A DNA stretch of 64,000 nucleotides, from the NCBI GenBank assembly GCA_963726255.1, contig CAVSBL010000002.1:2176001-2240000 (forward strand). The letters run 5' to 3'. The notes under the pieces are model-generated. The model was not told the DNA's origin and made no database searches. It saw only the letters and a list, made by a program, of their open reading frames with translations. Position numbers and translations under genes: made by a program. The number at the start of each line of letters is the position of its first letter. The stretch's first letter is position 1. Of this stretch, positions 37,369-47,520 are shown piece after piece. Source of the stretch: Candidatus Bathyarchaeota archaeon. Lineage in GTDB: Archaea > Thermoproteota > Bathyarchaeia > 40CM-2-53-6.

Positions 37369-38424
37369 TCAGTTGTTTTGTACGGCCTTCCTCGCACGCT
37401 TCGCTTGAGCCATGTTCACAACTTTCTGGTAGCCTTTGTCTTCCTGTTTTAATTCGCGCAGCTCCACGTACCCCGCCTTTTCAGCCTGCTTTAGTAGGTC
37501 TAGGCCTTTCTCTGTTCGTGCGATTACAGTTGAATAGCCAGTCGGGCATCCTACGCCGCCCACTGAGACGTCGGCGTATTCGGCGGTGAAGTCTTCGCAT
37601 TGCTTGCAGCTCTGTCGCACGAACGCGTCAATTTCACGAAGCGGTACGTGCAGGAGTTCCTTGTCGCCGGCCTTGGCGATGAAGGATCCCTTCTTAATTT
37701 CCACGCGTGTGATGGTGGAAGAGTCAATGCCTTTGCTGGCCATGTAGGTCTCTACGAGTTTATCGTAACCGTAAGCCTCCATGCAGAACAGGCCGATCGT
37801 CAGATCCATCGCTTGAGCTAAACGACGGTTGCCTAACGGGGATGTTTGAATTCTTCTAACCGCCTTCATCTGGCACGGTGTCCCGACCAATCCCACCCTT
37901 GTTTTAGCGTACTCCTCAACTGCTGAACGAACACCAAGAAGCGTTGGGCTTGGCGTGTACTTCGTTCCAGCGTTTTTCATGATTTCCTCACTCTTCGTCG
38001 CTACCAGAGGCTTAGCTCTCCATTTCGAATCTCTTCCGGCAACGACAGCCGCATCAATCAACTTCTTGTCAAGGGCGTAGCTAAGGAGAGCTGTAACTAC
38101 ACCGCCGTCCTGTGCTACTCCTTGAGTAGCTTTGTTCAGTGCGCGTCCAACGAATGTTCCTCGGGATATTCCAAGGGGTTCGTCGGGGCGTCTTGTTCGG
38201 CCGTGCAGGAAGACTTCAACGTCATCCTTCGGAAATTCGACTGTGGGGCACTGGTAGTAGCAGATTTCACACAGAGCACACGAGCCTATCAGGGTGGGTT
38301 GTTCCCCAACTGGCCAAAGAACGCCGACAGGGCAGGCGGCCATGCAGGCCCCGCAAAAAGAGCATAAGTTCGGCCGGACCACTTGCGTTATCAGATTCCC
38401 GAACAGCCGTGGCTTCTCAAGCAT
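37369..38424 (-). CDS. Coenzyme F420 hydrogenase/dehydrogenase beta-subunit family (FrhB/FpoF-like) with N-terminal 2x[4Fe-4S]
   Basis: CSFCGACMAACP, CALCEICYYQCP, QDGGVVT, GTKY, VGTPCQ, IGLFC, C..C.DF.AE.AD.SVG. Confidence 0.88.
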   Translation of the reverse strand: MLEKPRLFGNLITQVVRPNLCSFCGACMAACPVGVLWPVGEQPTLIGSCALCEICYYQCPTVEFPKDDVEVFLHGRTRRPDEPLGISRGTFVGRALNKATQGVAQDGGVVTALLSYALDKKLIDAAVVAGRDSKWRAKPLVATKSEEIMKNAGTKYTPSPTLLGVRSAVEEYAKTRVGLVGTPCQMKAVRRIQTSPLGNRRLAQAMDLTIGLFCMEAYGYDKLVETYMASKGIDSSTITRVEIKKGSFIAKAGDKELLHVPLREIDAFVRQSCKQCEDFTAEYADVSVGGVGCPTGYSTVIARTEKGLDLLKQAEKAGYVELRELKQEDKGYQKVVNMAQAKRARKAVQNN

Positions 38425-38572
38425 TCCCAATGCACCCTTGACTATGTCTTTTCGTCGCGGCCGAACGGCCGGGATTGAGGAATAGGCTTTTGGTTGTTTT
38501 CCATCGTTGACATACAGACGGCCCAAGCCAATTAATACCAGGCAAAGTTGACCGTTCGCAGGGTGAATTCTC

Positions 38573-39859
38573 CTGTTCGATCGGCCCGGCCAAATGCTCA
38601 AAACAAAACAGCTCAAGCGCATGCAGGAAATCAAGCTGCGTAAGATCGTTCGATACGCCTACAGGAATGTTCCGTTCTATCGGAAACGTTTCGACGACGC
38701 CGGTACAAAGCCAGAATCTATCAGGAGCCTTGAGGATCTTTCGAAGATACCGTTTACAATCAAGACGGATCTCAGGGATAACTATCCGCTTGGCATTCTA
38801 GCGGTTCCCCCAAATCGGCTCTACTGCCTCCACGCATCCTCTGGCACGACTGGAAAGCCAATAGTCGTTGCGTATACTCGTAGAGACTTGGAACGTTGGA
38901 GCAAACTCATGGGCAGAACCCTAGACATTACTGGTGCAAAGAAGGGCGATATCATCCAGAACATGTACGGTTACGGCCTTTTCACGGGTGGGTTGGGGTT
39001 CCACTATGGAGCCCGAGCAATCGGGGCAACAATCTTGCCCACGAGTGTAGGAAACACGAAACGTCAACTCATGCTCATGAAGGACCTTCGCAGCACAATC
39101 GTCACCAGCACTCCGTCCTACATGGTGTACCTGGTCGAAGCGAGCCGGGCAGAAGGCTACGACCCGAGAACCGATTTCGCCCTGAGAATCGGAATCTTCG
39201 GCGCGGAACCGTGGAGTGAAGAGTCACGTAAGCGGATACAAGACGGCTTCGGGCTTCGGGCTCACGATGTTTACGGAATGTCGGAGCTGTATGGGCCGGG
39301 GGTAGGGATTGAATGTGAACGACAAAACGGCCTTCACATTTGGGGGGATGAATTTCTCGTAGAAACAATTAACCCAGATACCGGTGAGGTTCTGGAGCCG
39401 GGAAAGGAAGGCGAACTGGTCTTCACGATGCTGTCCCGGGAAGCGATGCCCTTCCTCCGCTATAGGTCAAGGGACCTCTCAACTGTTTATGAGGAGGAGT
39501 GTGCGTGCGGCAGATGCCACAGTCGAATCGCACGCATAAAGGGGCGTAGCGACGATATGCTCATCGTCGGCGGCGTGAATGTCTTTCCGAGCCAGATTGA
39601 GCACGTTTTGATGAATATCCCTGGCCTCGGAGACCAATATCAGATAATCGTCTCGCACAAAGAATTGGACCGGTTGGCCGTTAAGGTGGAAGCACCCCCG
39701 GAAAGCTTGCGGGATCCGAATATGCCGAAACGGATTCAGGAGGACCTCTTCGCTGTCCTCTCTATCCGCGCAGATGTCGACCTAGTGGAACTAGGGACGA
39801 TTCCACGCTCAGAAGTTGGCAAAGCCCGTCGGGTAATCGATCTTCGACCCAAGGATTAA
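38573..39859 (+). CDS. paaK: Phenylacetate--CoA ligase family protein (probable CTG start; first ATG at 38594)
   Basis: HASSGTTGKP, YGYGLFTGG.G.HYG, GAEPW, YGMSE, RYR..D, GRSDDM..V.GVNVFPSQIE. Confidence 0.9.
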   Translation: MFDRPGQMLKTKQLKRMQEIKLRKIVRYAYRNVPFYRKRFDDAGTKPESIRSLEDLSKIPFTIKTDLRDNYPLGILAVPPNRLYCLHASSGTTGKPIVVAYTRRDLERWSKLMGRTLDITGAKKGDIIQNMYGYGLFTGGLGFHYGARAIGATILPTSVGNTKRQLMLMKDLRSTIVTSTPSYMVYLVEASRAEGYDPRTDFALRIGIFGAEPWSEESRKRIQDGFGLRAHDVYGMSELYGPGVGIECERQNGLHIWGDEFLVETINPDTGEVLEPGKEGELVFTMLSREAMPFLRYRSRDLSTVYEEECACGRCHSRIARIKGRSDDMLIVGGVNVFPSQIEHVLMNIPGLGDQYQIIVSHKELDRLAVKVEAPPESLRDPNMPKRIQEDLFAVLSIRADVDLVELGTIPRSEVGKARRVIDLRPKD

Positions 39860-39923
39860 CCTTACACCGCAAAGGCCGCAGAAACGATGTCTAGCATATG
39901 TTGTACACCCGGAGGAGCGCAAT

Positions 39924-40763
39924 TCAACTGTTTCGCCGGAAGCTCGCGCATATCATCCCGAAGTAGGTAGGGACATCGTAGGAGATCAGCTCAGCGTTCA
40001 TTTTAAGCCCGTCAACGACACCCGCGAGCATAGTCATCTGCCATAAGCTGTCTGGTCTCGCAGCGTCTACAAACTTCGGCTTAATCCTCATGATCGATTC
40101 GATCTGGCCACCTTGAATAGCATGAACGACGAATTTGTCATATTCCTTTGATGTTTTATTGAAACCGTAAGGCCCGAATTTCTTGTGCCTATGCGCTTGG
40201 TCGGCACTAGCGACAAAAACAATCCTCTTCGTCTTGCGCTCACTTAACTCGCCTATCACTCTGCCGAATTGAAAGTTTTGCGAGAGTGGTATCTCGCGTG
40301 AAGGCGTCACGATAACAACTTTCGGTTTCGGCCTGCACTCTGGGATGATGAACCAAAGTGGAACTATGGTCCCCCAGTCCATCGGCATGTCGGAGGTCAA
40401 GCCTTCAGACGTTCCGTAATTTGCACCGACAACCGGCAGTCTCCTTCTCGTGGCGGCTTCCAAGAGGCTCTCCGCGAATTCCACGTCACATCTGACCCTA
40501 AGGCCCACAGATATCTTGTTGCGTGGCGAAGCCTGAAGTGTACCTGTGGAATTCTCAGCCGTAACCACAGCAATCTTCCGCCATACCTTCAGGTTATGTG
40601 GAGTGGCAATCACGATCGTGTCAGGCCTTGCCTTCCTGACTTCTTTTGCTAGCTTGCGCAGACCGTCTCTCGTTTTCTGAAACTTTCTCACGGTGGACTT
40701 ACTGGCGAGTTTCGCGATCGCCTCGCTACCGTGGGGTGCTATGCATGCGTAAACTAGAGTCAT
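39924..40763 (-). CDS. LigB/class III extradiol dioxygenase-like protein
   Basis: IAPHG, IVIATPH, DWGT.VPL.F, FVASADQAH.H, Y..PTYFGM. Confidence 0.75.
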   Translation of the reverse strand: MTLVYACIAPHGSEAIAKLASKSTVRKFQKTRDGLRKLAKEVRKARPDTIVIATPHNLKVWRKIAVVTAENSTGTLQASPRNKISVGLRVRCDVEFAESLLEAATRRRLPVVGANYGTSEGLTSDMPMDWGTIVPLWFIIPECRPKPKVVIVTPSREIPLSQNFQFGRVIGELSERKTKRIVFVASADQAHRHKKFGPYGFNKTSKEYDKFVVHAIQGGQIESIMRIKPKFVDAARPDSLWQMTMLAGVVDGLKMNAELISYDVPTYFGMICASFRRNS

Positions 40764-40934
40764 CTGATTTCGCTATCAAACGAAGAAGGTCTTTGTTGAA
40801 AGCATAGCGTTTTTAGCGTCCCAGGACCGATATGACTCGATAGTTGCGCCTTTCGTTGTACTCTGCTTAGGTGGCCGACGGGCTAAGCGATCGGTGGAAG
40901 TCGTAGACTGAATTGCAAAAGGAGAGAGAACATA

Positions 40935-42122
40935 CTGGACCTTCAACCACAAGTCGGGTACGTTAGCACATACCCTCCCAGAGCGTGCGGCATAGCGACT
41001 TATACTAGGGACTTGGCGCGGGCTCTACTGTTGCGGGGTCGAATTGCCCGCTACCTTATTGTTGCGATAAATGAGGAGAATGGAAACCGGTACTCGGACC
41101 CCAACGTTAGGTTCACTATTGACCAACATGAGCGCGCAGACTACTTCACCGCGGCAGATTTCCTGAATCAGAGCGACGTTGACGTGGTGAATATCCAGCA
41201 CGAGTACGGCATATTCGGAGGAGAATGGGGAGAGTATGTCCTCGACCTTTACAAGAATCTCGAGAAGCCCGTCATAACCACCTTTCATACAGTCCTTCGA
41301 AACCCGCCTGACAAAGCTCGCATAATAATGTCTGAACTCGCAGAACTGAGCGAGACTGTTATCGTAACAATTGAGTCCGCTGCGAAGCTCCTTGAGAAGC
41401 GTTTTGGTCTCAACGCTGAAAAGGTCAGAGTGGTACGTCACGGTGCAGCCCTCCCAGAGCGTGGGCACAATGAATATGCACAACGATTTCTCGGACTGCA
41501 GAAACGCACGGTACTAACAACGCACGGGTTGATCAGTTCCGGGAAAGGTATAGAGTACGCGATCAAATCACTCCCTTACCTGATTAAAGAAAGGCCTGAG
41601 CTGCTCTACATGGTGATAGGTGAAACTCACCCTGAGGTGCAAAGGCGTGAAGGTGAAGCTTACCGCGAGAAATTGACTTCGCTTACGAGACGCCTGCATC
41701 TCGAAAATCATGTTCGCTTTGTAAACCACTATCTGCGGGACGACGAACTGTCCCTGTACCTTCAAGCAACGGACATTTACGTAGCACCATACTTGGGAAA
41801 GGATCAGGTTTCCAGTGGGACGATTACTCTTGCGCTTGGGTATGGCAAGGCAATTGTTGCAACACCCTCCCTATTCTCAAAAGAGGAGCTGTCAAATAAC
41901 AGAGGGCTTTTCTGCAAGTTCGCCGACGGACGTTCTATCGCCGAATGCGTCGAACGAATATTAAGCGACGTTAAACTAAGGCGGCAACTAGAAACGAACG
42001 CATTCAACTACGGTCAAGAAATGGGTTGGACAAAGGTAGCCGATCAATATGGTGACATACTCAGATCTGCAATCGGAATTCCAAGAACTATCGATGAAAC
42101 TGCAGCAATCAGTGAAGCTTGA
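40935..42122 (+). CDS. Glycosyltransferase family 4 (probable CTG start)
   Basis: YVSTYPPRACGIATYT.DL lies upstream of the track's TTG at 41013; IQHEYGIFGG, KGIEY.I, IG.THP, QVSSGT. Confidence 0.88.
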   Translation: MDLQPQVGYVSTYPPRACGIATYTRDLARALLLRGRIARYLIVAINEENGNRYSDPNVRFTIDQHERADYFTAADFLNQSDVDVVNIQHEYGIFGGEWGEYVLDLYKNLEKPVITTFHTVLRNPPDKARIIMSELAELSETVIVTIESAAKLLEKRFGLNAEKVRVVRHGAALPERGHNEYAQRFLGLQKRTVLTTHGLISSGKGIEYAIKSLPYLIKERPELLYMVIGETHPEVQRREGEAYREKLTSLTRRLHLENHVRFVNHYLRDDELSLYLQATDIYVAPYLGKDQVSSGTITLALGYGKAIVATPSLFSKEELSNNRGLFCKFADGRSIAECVERILSDVKLRRQLETNAFNYGQEMGWTKVADQYGDILRSAIGIPRTIDETAAISEA

Positions 42123-43134
42123 CCACCTCTTCGCCCTAACGGACCACAATGCGGTTCTACAACACGCAAAGTTCTCCGTTCCCGCAAGAAAAGAGGGGTA
42201 TACGGTCGACGACAACGCCCGCGCCCTAGTCTTCGCAGTTAAGGCAAAAGCTTACTGGCCCACTCAACCTCTTTCAAAGCTACAACGCAAACTGATCAGC
42301 TTTCTGCTTCTCATGCAAGCCGAAGACGGCAAGTTCCACAACCTCATGGATTACTCCCTAAGGTTCATCGACAATCCGACGGTTGGAGATCATCTGGGAC
42401 GGGCAATCTGGGCAGCTGGCTCAGTCATCAACTCAGATCTGCCTAATGGAATGAAAGCCCCCGCTCGAGTCATATTTGATCGAGCACTTCCTTGGGCAAG
42501 GGAATCGTCTTCACCACGAACGATGGCCTATGCTTGCCTAGGCCTTTGCGAGCGACTCAAAGTCGACGCCAAGGACCCCAATTTAAGAGTCAACATTGCG
42601 TCGTTGGCCGACAGCCTAGTCGACTTGTACAACGCCAACCTTGGGCCAGACTGGAAATGGTTCGAGAACGTCATATCCTATGATAGCGCGCGACTACCCC
42701 AGGCTTTGCTCTTCGCCTATCAGTCATTAGGCGCAGATGAATACCTCAAAGTTGCCCAGGAAACATTTCGATTCCTGCAAGAACAGACAACAATTGAAGG
42801 AAAATTCGTGCCCATCGGAAGTCGGGGCTGGTACGCTAGGGACAAGGAGAGAGCTCTCTACGATCAGCAACCCCTTGAGGCAGGAACTATGGTCGAGGCT
42901 GCAGCAATAGGCTACAAGATCACTGGCTCCGAAGTTTACGAGAGGGCTTTGCGTGAAGCGCTGGGATGGTTCTTTGGTCTCAACACCAAGTCTGTCAACG
43001 TCTACGATGAGGCGACAGGAGCTTGTCATGACGGTATAACGGAGGTTGGTTTGAATGAGAATCAGGGCTCCGAGTCCACAATTTCCCTTTTGCTTGCCGC
43101 CGCAACCTTCCTGGAATGCGTTACAAAGGGATGA
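42094..43134 (+). CDS. Six-hairpin glycosidase-like protein associated with GT4
   Basis: LTD...LQHA, GYTVDDNARAL, W.WFE..SYD.ARLP.AL, YDQQPLE, AC.DG....NENQG.EST. Confidence 0.75.
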   Translation: MKLQQSVKLDHLFALTDHNAVLQHAKFSVPARKEGYTVDDNARALVFAVKAKAYWPTQPLSKLQRKLISFLLLMQAEDGKFHNLMDYSLRFIDNPTVGDHLGRAIWAAGSVINSDLPNGMKAPARVIFDRALPWARESSSPRTMAYACLGLCERLKVDAKDPNLRVNIASLADSLVDLYNANLGPDWKWFENVISYDSARLPQALLFAYQSLGADEYLKVAQETFRFLQEQTTIEGKFVPIGSRGWYARDKERALYDQQPLEAGTMVEAAAIGYKITGSEVYERALREALGWFFGLNTKSVNVYDEATGACHDGITEVGLNENQGSESTISLLLAAATFLECVTKG

Positions 43135-43149
43135 GCTCTTGGCTGAGGT

Positions 43150-44070
43150 TCACTTCTCTTTCTCCAGTTCGTCAAGGAATTCATCTAGCGGAGAACTCGC
43201 AACACAACAGACTCTGTCGGCTCCGCCATAATAGGTCAACAATTCTCCATCCCAAACTACAGCCCCGTCTGGAAACACAACGTTCGGAACAAAACCTCTC
43301 CTCTCAAAATCCGTTTCAGGTTCGAGGATTGGTGACCTAGTACGGGCAATCACTTTCTTCGGGTCATCTAAATCAAGCAACAGTGCCCCGGCACGGTAGA
43401 TACGGTCGAGGCTGACGCCGTGGTAAAGCACCAACCATCCTCGTTCAGTTTTGATCGGCGGCGGGCCAATTCCGACCTTTCTTTTCTCCCATGGAAACTC
43501 TGCTCTCAGGATCTCATAGTCTCCGAAATGCGGCACGTAGTTACTCCAGAAGCTCCGCGACTTCGCAAGTGATTCGATGCTGTCAAAGTAGGCAATCTGA
43601 ACCTTTGACGCAAGCCGGTGAAGAATAGCAACCTTTCCGTTGATCCGCTCCGGAAAAATCACGCAGTCCTTGTCATTGCGGTCGGGCCCGACCAATCCGT
43701 ACTTTTCGAAATGCAAAAAGTCTTTGGTCGAAGCAAGCGCTATGCGTGGGCCTCGTTGGGAGAAAGCAGTGTAGGTGACGTAGAAGGTTCCGTCGAAACG
43801 TGTTATGCGTGGATCTTCGCATCCGAACTCCTCCCAATCTCCGGAAGAAGTCAGTACCGGTTCCGAGGAGCGCGATTCCAATGTTCTCCCGTCCAGCGTC
43901 CGCGCATATCCCAACCGGGAAACCCCATAAGCATCCACGGCTCTGTAGAGAAGGTGAATGGACCCATCTTCGACAATTGCCCCAGGGTTGAAAGTTCCAA
44001 TCGTCTCCCACCACACGTTGCTTCTAGGAGCGATGATGGGATTCTGCTCATATTTCGCAAGTCTTCGCAT
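43150..44070 (-). CDS. GH130-family glycoside phosphorylase/hydrolase
   Basis: FNPGA, LLYRA, GCEDPRI, DKD.VIFPE, PPIKT..GWL..YHG, G.VPNVVF, YYGGAD. Confidence 0.9.
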   Translation of the reverse strand: MRRLAKYEQNPIIAPRSNVWWETIGTFNPGAIVEDGSIHLLYRAVDAYGVSRLGYARTLDGRTLESRSSEPVLTSSGDWEEFGCEDPRITRFDGTFYVTYTAFSQRGPRIALASTKDFLHFEKYGLVGPDRNDKDCVIFPERINGKVAILHRLASKVQIAYFDSIESLAKSRSFWSNYVPHFGDYEILRAEFPWEKRKVGIGPPPIKTERGWLVLYHGVSLDRIYRAGALLLDLDDPKKVIARTRSPILEPETDFERRGFVPNVVFPDGAVVWDGELLTYYGGADRVCCVASSPLDEFLDELEKEK

Positions 44071-44166
44071 TCACTATTGCCTGCTCTGTAAGCGTCATGG
44101 TTAAAGGGACGGGTCTCTTCATGCCTAAGTACTAGTATTTGTGTTTGAGGTAGCAGACGGTACTAT

Positions 44167-44655
44167 TCAATTTCGAATCTGTTCTATTTCGTTTCCAACT
44201 AACTCAGCTAATTCGAAGGCTGCTCTCTGTACGGGAGGGCTAAGGGCCTCGCGGAAGGTAAATTCCGGGTTGATGTCGATTGTGAAGATTCTAATCGTAT
44301 GGGGAACTGCACTGTTTTCGAATCTCTTGAAGAGTTCCAAGGCTGTAGCAAAATTCGTGGAATGTGGAGACGATGCGTATTCTGTGCCTTTGAAATGCTC
44401 TGGCGAGAATTCACAGATCTTGCCAACCGTCCCGGTTGAAGCAACCGAGTCTATAATGAAAACGCGTTCATAGCCCAATATCTCTTCAACCAGTCCAAGG
44501 CCGCCGAGGCTCAATTCCTTGAACTCCAAATCGGCTCGTCCGCGATTCCTATCCTTCAGCATTCTCACTACATGAATTCCTACTGCATCGTCACCCATTA
44601 TGGGGTTACCGAGGCCTACAAGCAAAATGGTCGTATGGCTCAGCCCCGGTCTCAT
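44167..44655 (-). CDS. Hydrogenase maturation protease
   Basis: VGLGNP.MGDD.VG, IIDS, SPH. Confidence 0.88.
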   Translation of the reverse strand: MRPGLSHTTILLVGLGNPIMGDDAVGIHVVRMLKDRNRGRADLEFKELSLGGLGLVEEILGYERVFIIDSVASTGTVGKICEFSPEHFKGTEYASSPHSTNFATALELFKRFENSAVPHTIRIFTIDINPEFTFREALSPPVQRAAFELAELVGNEIEQIRN

Positions 44656-44663
44656 GAACGATT

Positions 44664-46124
44664 CTACGGTCTCCGTATGTTCTGAAGGATCGCCCTGTTT
44701 CTGTTGTAGATTTTGATGTCGAGGGGCATCTGGCCTGGTAGGGTGTGGGTTGCGCAGGCGTAGCACGGGTCGTAAGCCCTAAAGGCCATCTCGACCATGT
44801 TCAGAATCCCGTCGGATACTTCCCCTTTCTTGATGAAAATCTCAGCGGCTTGCTTAACCGACATGCTGATTGCCGCATGGTTGTTAGTCGTCGCCACGAT
44901 GAGGTTCACGTTCTTCACCATGCCTTTCGCATCCGTCTTGTAGTGGTGGAAGAGTGTCCCGCGGGGCGCTTCGACCGCTCCCACGCCTTCGTCTGGTGTT
45001 TGCGTCGGGATATTTCGAACGTTCGGGTTGGTAATTTCGTGGTCCTGGCTAAGTTCTAGCAAGCGCTCTGAGGCGTATACCAGTTCGACTAGGCGCGCCC
45101 AATGCGTAGCCAAAGTAGAGTGAACTGGCTTGTGCCCTAATGTTTCGTACATTCTCTTGTATTCGGCTTGTGCAATTGGTGTGGCCATCCCTTCTGCTAC
45201 GTTAAGGCGGGCGAGTGGGGTAGCTTTGTAAACACCGCTCTCCGTGCCCCCAACCAGGCCTTTCCATCCGATCTTCTTGAGGTAGGGGAACTTGAGATAG
45301 GTCCACGGTTCAACGTGCTCCGAGATGTATTGCTGGTAGTCGGCTGCTGGAAACTTTGCGAACTCATGGCCTTCCGGGTCCACAACCTTGATCTTTCCGT
45401 CGTAGAAGTTGACGTGGTTTTGCTCGTCGAGCGTGCCCATGCAATATGTCTCCGTCGCGAACTTGTCGCTTGTTATGAGGCTCACGTAGTCTTTGTTCTT
45501 CAGGACTATGTCGTCGAACAGTTTCATTGTGAACTTTGCAAATTCAACTTCGGATTTTGCGATCGTTTCGATTTTAGTTCGCTCGTCTTCCGTTATGGGC
45601 TTGCTTACCCCGCCGGGGACACCGCAGCTCGGGTGGATTCTCTTTCCACCTATCATCGCAATGACGTCGAGTGCATCCGAGCGGTGCTTGATTACTGAAC
45701 TACCGACCTCTAACCCGACTTTCCCTACTACCCCGAGAATATTTCGCTCTGCTTTCGGCGCAGTCGGTCCCATCACGAAGTCGGGGGCGGCGAGTATGTA
45801 GAAGTGGGTTATGTGGTCTGCGATGAAGAAGGCGCTGTAGAGGAGTTCTCTGAGTTTCTTCGCGGCGGGTGGTGGTTCCACGTGGAACACTGCGTCTAGG
45901 GCTTTGGTGGAGGCTATGTGGTGTGCTTCTGGGCAGACGCCGCAAATTCTGCTGGTTATGTCAGGCATTTCTTCGACAGGCCTGCCCTCGCAGAACTTCT
46001 CAAAGCCCCTCAGTTCGGGGACTTGGAAGTAGGCGTTCTCCACATTTCCTTCGTCGTTGAGGAAGATCGAGATTTTACCGTGCCCTTCAAGCCTTGTAAC
46101 AGGGTTGATTGTAACGGTTTTCAT
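44664..46124 (-). CDS. mvhA: [NiFe]-hydrogenase large subunit, group 3c (F420-non-reducing)
   Basis: TRLEGH, RGFE, RICGVC (L1), EAPRG, YDPCYACATH (L2) plus cleavable tail. Confidence 0.93.
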   Translation of the reverse strand: MKTVTINPVTRLEGHGKISIFLNDEGNVENAYFQVPELRGFEKFCEGRPVEEMPDITSRICGVCPEAHHIASTKALDAVFHVEPPPAAKKLRELLYSAFFIADHITHFYILAAPDFVMGPTAPKAERNILGVVGKVGLEVGSSVIKHRSDALDVIAMIGGKRIHPSCGVPGGVSKPITEDERTKIETIAKSEVEFAKFTMKLFDDIVLKNKDYVSLITSDKFATETYCMGTLDEQNHVNFYDGKIKVVDPEGHEFAKFPAADYQQYISEHVEPWTYLKFPYLKKIGWKGLVGGTESGVYKATPLARLNVAEGMATPIAQAEYKRMYETLGHKPVHSTLATHWARLVELVYASERLLELSQDHEITNPNVRNIPTQTPDEGVGAVEAPRGTLFHHYKTDAKGMVKNVNLIVATTNNHAAISMSVKQAAEIFIKKGEVSDGILNMVEMAFRAYDPCYACATHTLPGQMPLDIKIYNRNRAILQNIRRP

Positions 46125-47077
46125 GTCTTCGTCCTCCTCAGGAGGGAGTGAGCTAGGCTAAACCTGTAGAATGTGCCCAGCGGGTCGGGGACTGAGTCCG
46201 CGAGTTTCTGTATGTCTTCTTCACTTTGCGCGTCGAAGATTGACGATAAGGCCGAAAGCATCTTTCCGCCTTGGTCAATGGCTTTGGGCAGTGGTCCATA
46301 GCAGCCTCGGCACGGCGCATTCGCGTCTAAACATATGCTTCCACAGCCTCCCCTGGTCGCGGGCCCCATGCAGATTATGCCTTGTTCAAGCAGGCATTTT
46401 TGTGGGTCAGGGATGGTTTGGTAGGTTCTAACGATCTTACTGATCTTTCTTTCCGTCTTGATTCGCTTGCATTCGTGGCATAGGGATTTGTCGGAGGCTC
46501 CCAGAACTGCTCCCTTCGGCGGGAGAGGGCCATTAACGAACAGGTCGATTACCTTGGAGACTTGTTCCCCGACTGGTGGGCATCCAGGAACGTAATAATC
46601 CACGTCCACGATTTGGCCGAGTGTTTTAACGGTGTTGTAGAATTCAGGTATGGTTAGCTCTCCTTCCTTTACTTGCACTTTGGTTTGTGGGAAGGTTTTT
46701 TCGGGGTTGTCTGTTGTTGGCGTTTCCTTGTAAGAGCTTGCGAAGATTCCGTCTCGGTTTGTTGTGTTCGCTAGGCTTGGTATGCCGCCCATGTAAGCGC
46801 AAGCGCCGAAGGCTACAAGCAGCTTGGATTTAGCTCTCAATACTTTAGCTATGTGTTCGTTTTCGGAGTTTTGTATCGCGCCATTCACAAATGCGACATC
46901 TATGCTTCCGTCTGGCATCGCTTCAAGGTCTGAGTACTTGTAATCCATGGCGGCAGGCCAGAAGACTATGTCAACCTTTTTGGCTAGGTCAACTAGCTTG
47001 GTTCCCAGCTCCAGGATGGCTATCTCGCATCCGCCGCAACTGCTTGCCCAGTTGAAAGCTATCTTAGGGTTAGTCAT
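46121..47077 (-). CDS. mvhG: [NiFe]-hydrogenase small subunit
   Basis: SCGGC, GACA..GG, PGCPP, LC.EC, CL...G..C.GP.T..GC...C...C.GC.GP. Confidence 0.92.
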   Translation of the reverse strand: MTNPKIAFNWASSCGGCEIAILELGTKLVDLAKKVDIVFWPAAMDYKYSDLEAMPDGSIDVAFVNGAIQNSENEHIAKVLRAKSKLLVAFGACAYMGGIPSLANTTNRDGIFASSYKETPTTDNPEKTFPQTKVQVKEGELTIPEFYNTVKTLGQIVDVDYYVPGCPPVGEQVSKVIDLFVNGPLPPKGAVLGASDKSLCHECKRIKTERKISKIVRTYQTIPDPQKCLLEQGIICMGPATRGGCGSICLDANAPCRGCYGPLPKAIDQGGKMLSALSSIFDAQSEEDIQKLADSVPDPLGTFYRFSLAHSLLRRTKT

Positions 47078-47505
47078 GCTAACACCTCCACTTTCTTCTT
47101 CCAATTCAACGGCCCCAGTGATCGAATATCCTCAGTCATTCCTCTAACAACCCGCGCGTACCTTTCCCCTTCCGAAGCGGAAACCCATTCTAACCTCACA
47201 CGCTCTCGCTCTATTCCGAATTGATCCAGCAATTTCTGCAGCAGCCTGAACCTTCGAAGAGTCTTGATGTTCCCACTCGTGTAGTGGCAGTCGCCTGGGT
47301 GGCAACCAGCGATGAGCACGCCGTCTGCTCCGGATGCGAGAGCCTTTAGGACAAGGGTCGGGTCAACGCGGCCCGAGCAGTTAACTCGTATTGGGTTAAT
47401 GTTTGGTGGGTACTTGATTCTACTCGTTCCTGCTAGGTCGGCGCCAGCGTACGAGCACCATCTGCACAGGAATCCAACGATTTTTGGTTCAAATTGTCTT
47501 TCCAA
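47074..47505 (-). CDS. mvhD: Hydrogenase/Hdr [2Fe-2S] adaptor subunit
   Basis: FLC.WCSYAGADLAG, CSGRV, GCHPGDCHY, WVSASEG. Confidence 0.94.
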   Translation of the reverse strand: MERQFEPKIVGFLCRWCSYAGADLAGTSRIKYPPNINPIRVNCSGRVDPTLVLKALASGADGVLIAGCHPGDCHYTSGNIKTLRRFRLLQKLLDQFGIERERVRLEWVSASEGERYARVVRGMTEDIRSLGPLNWKKKVEVLA

Positions 47506-47520
47506 TTCAATCGTACCTCT

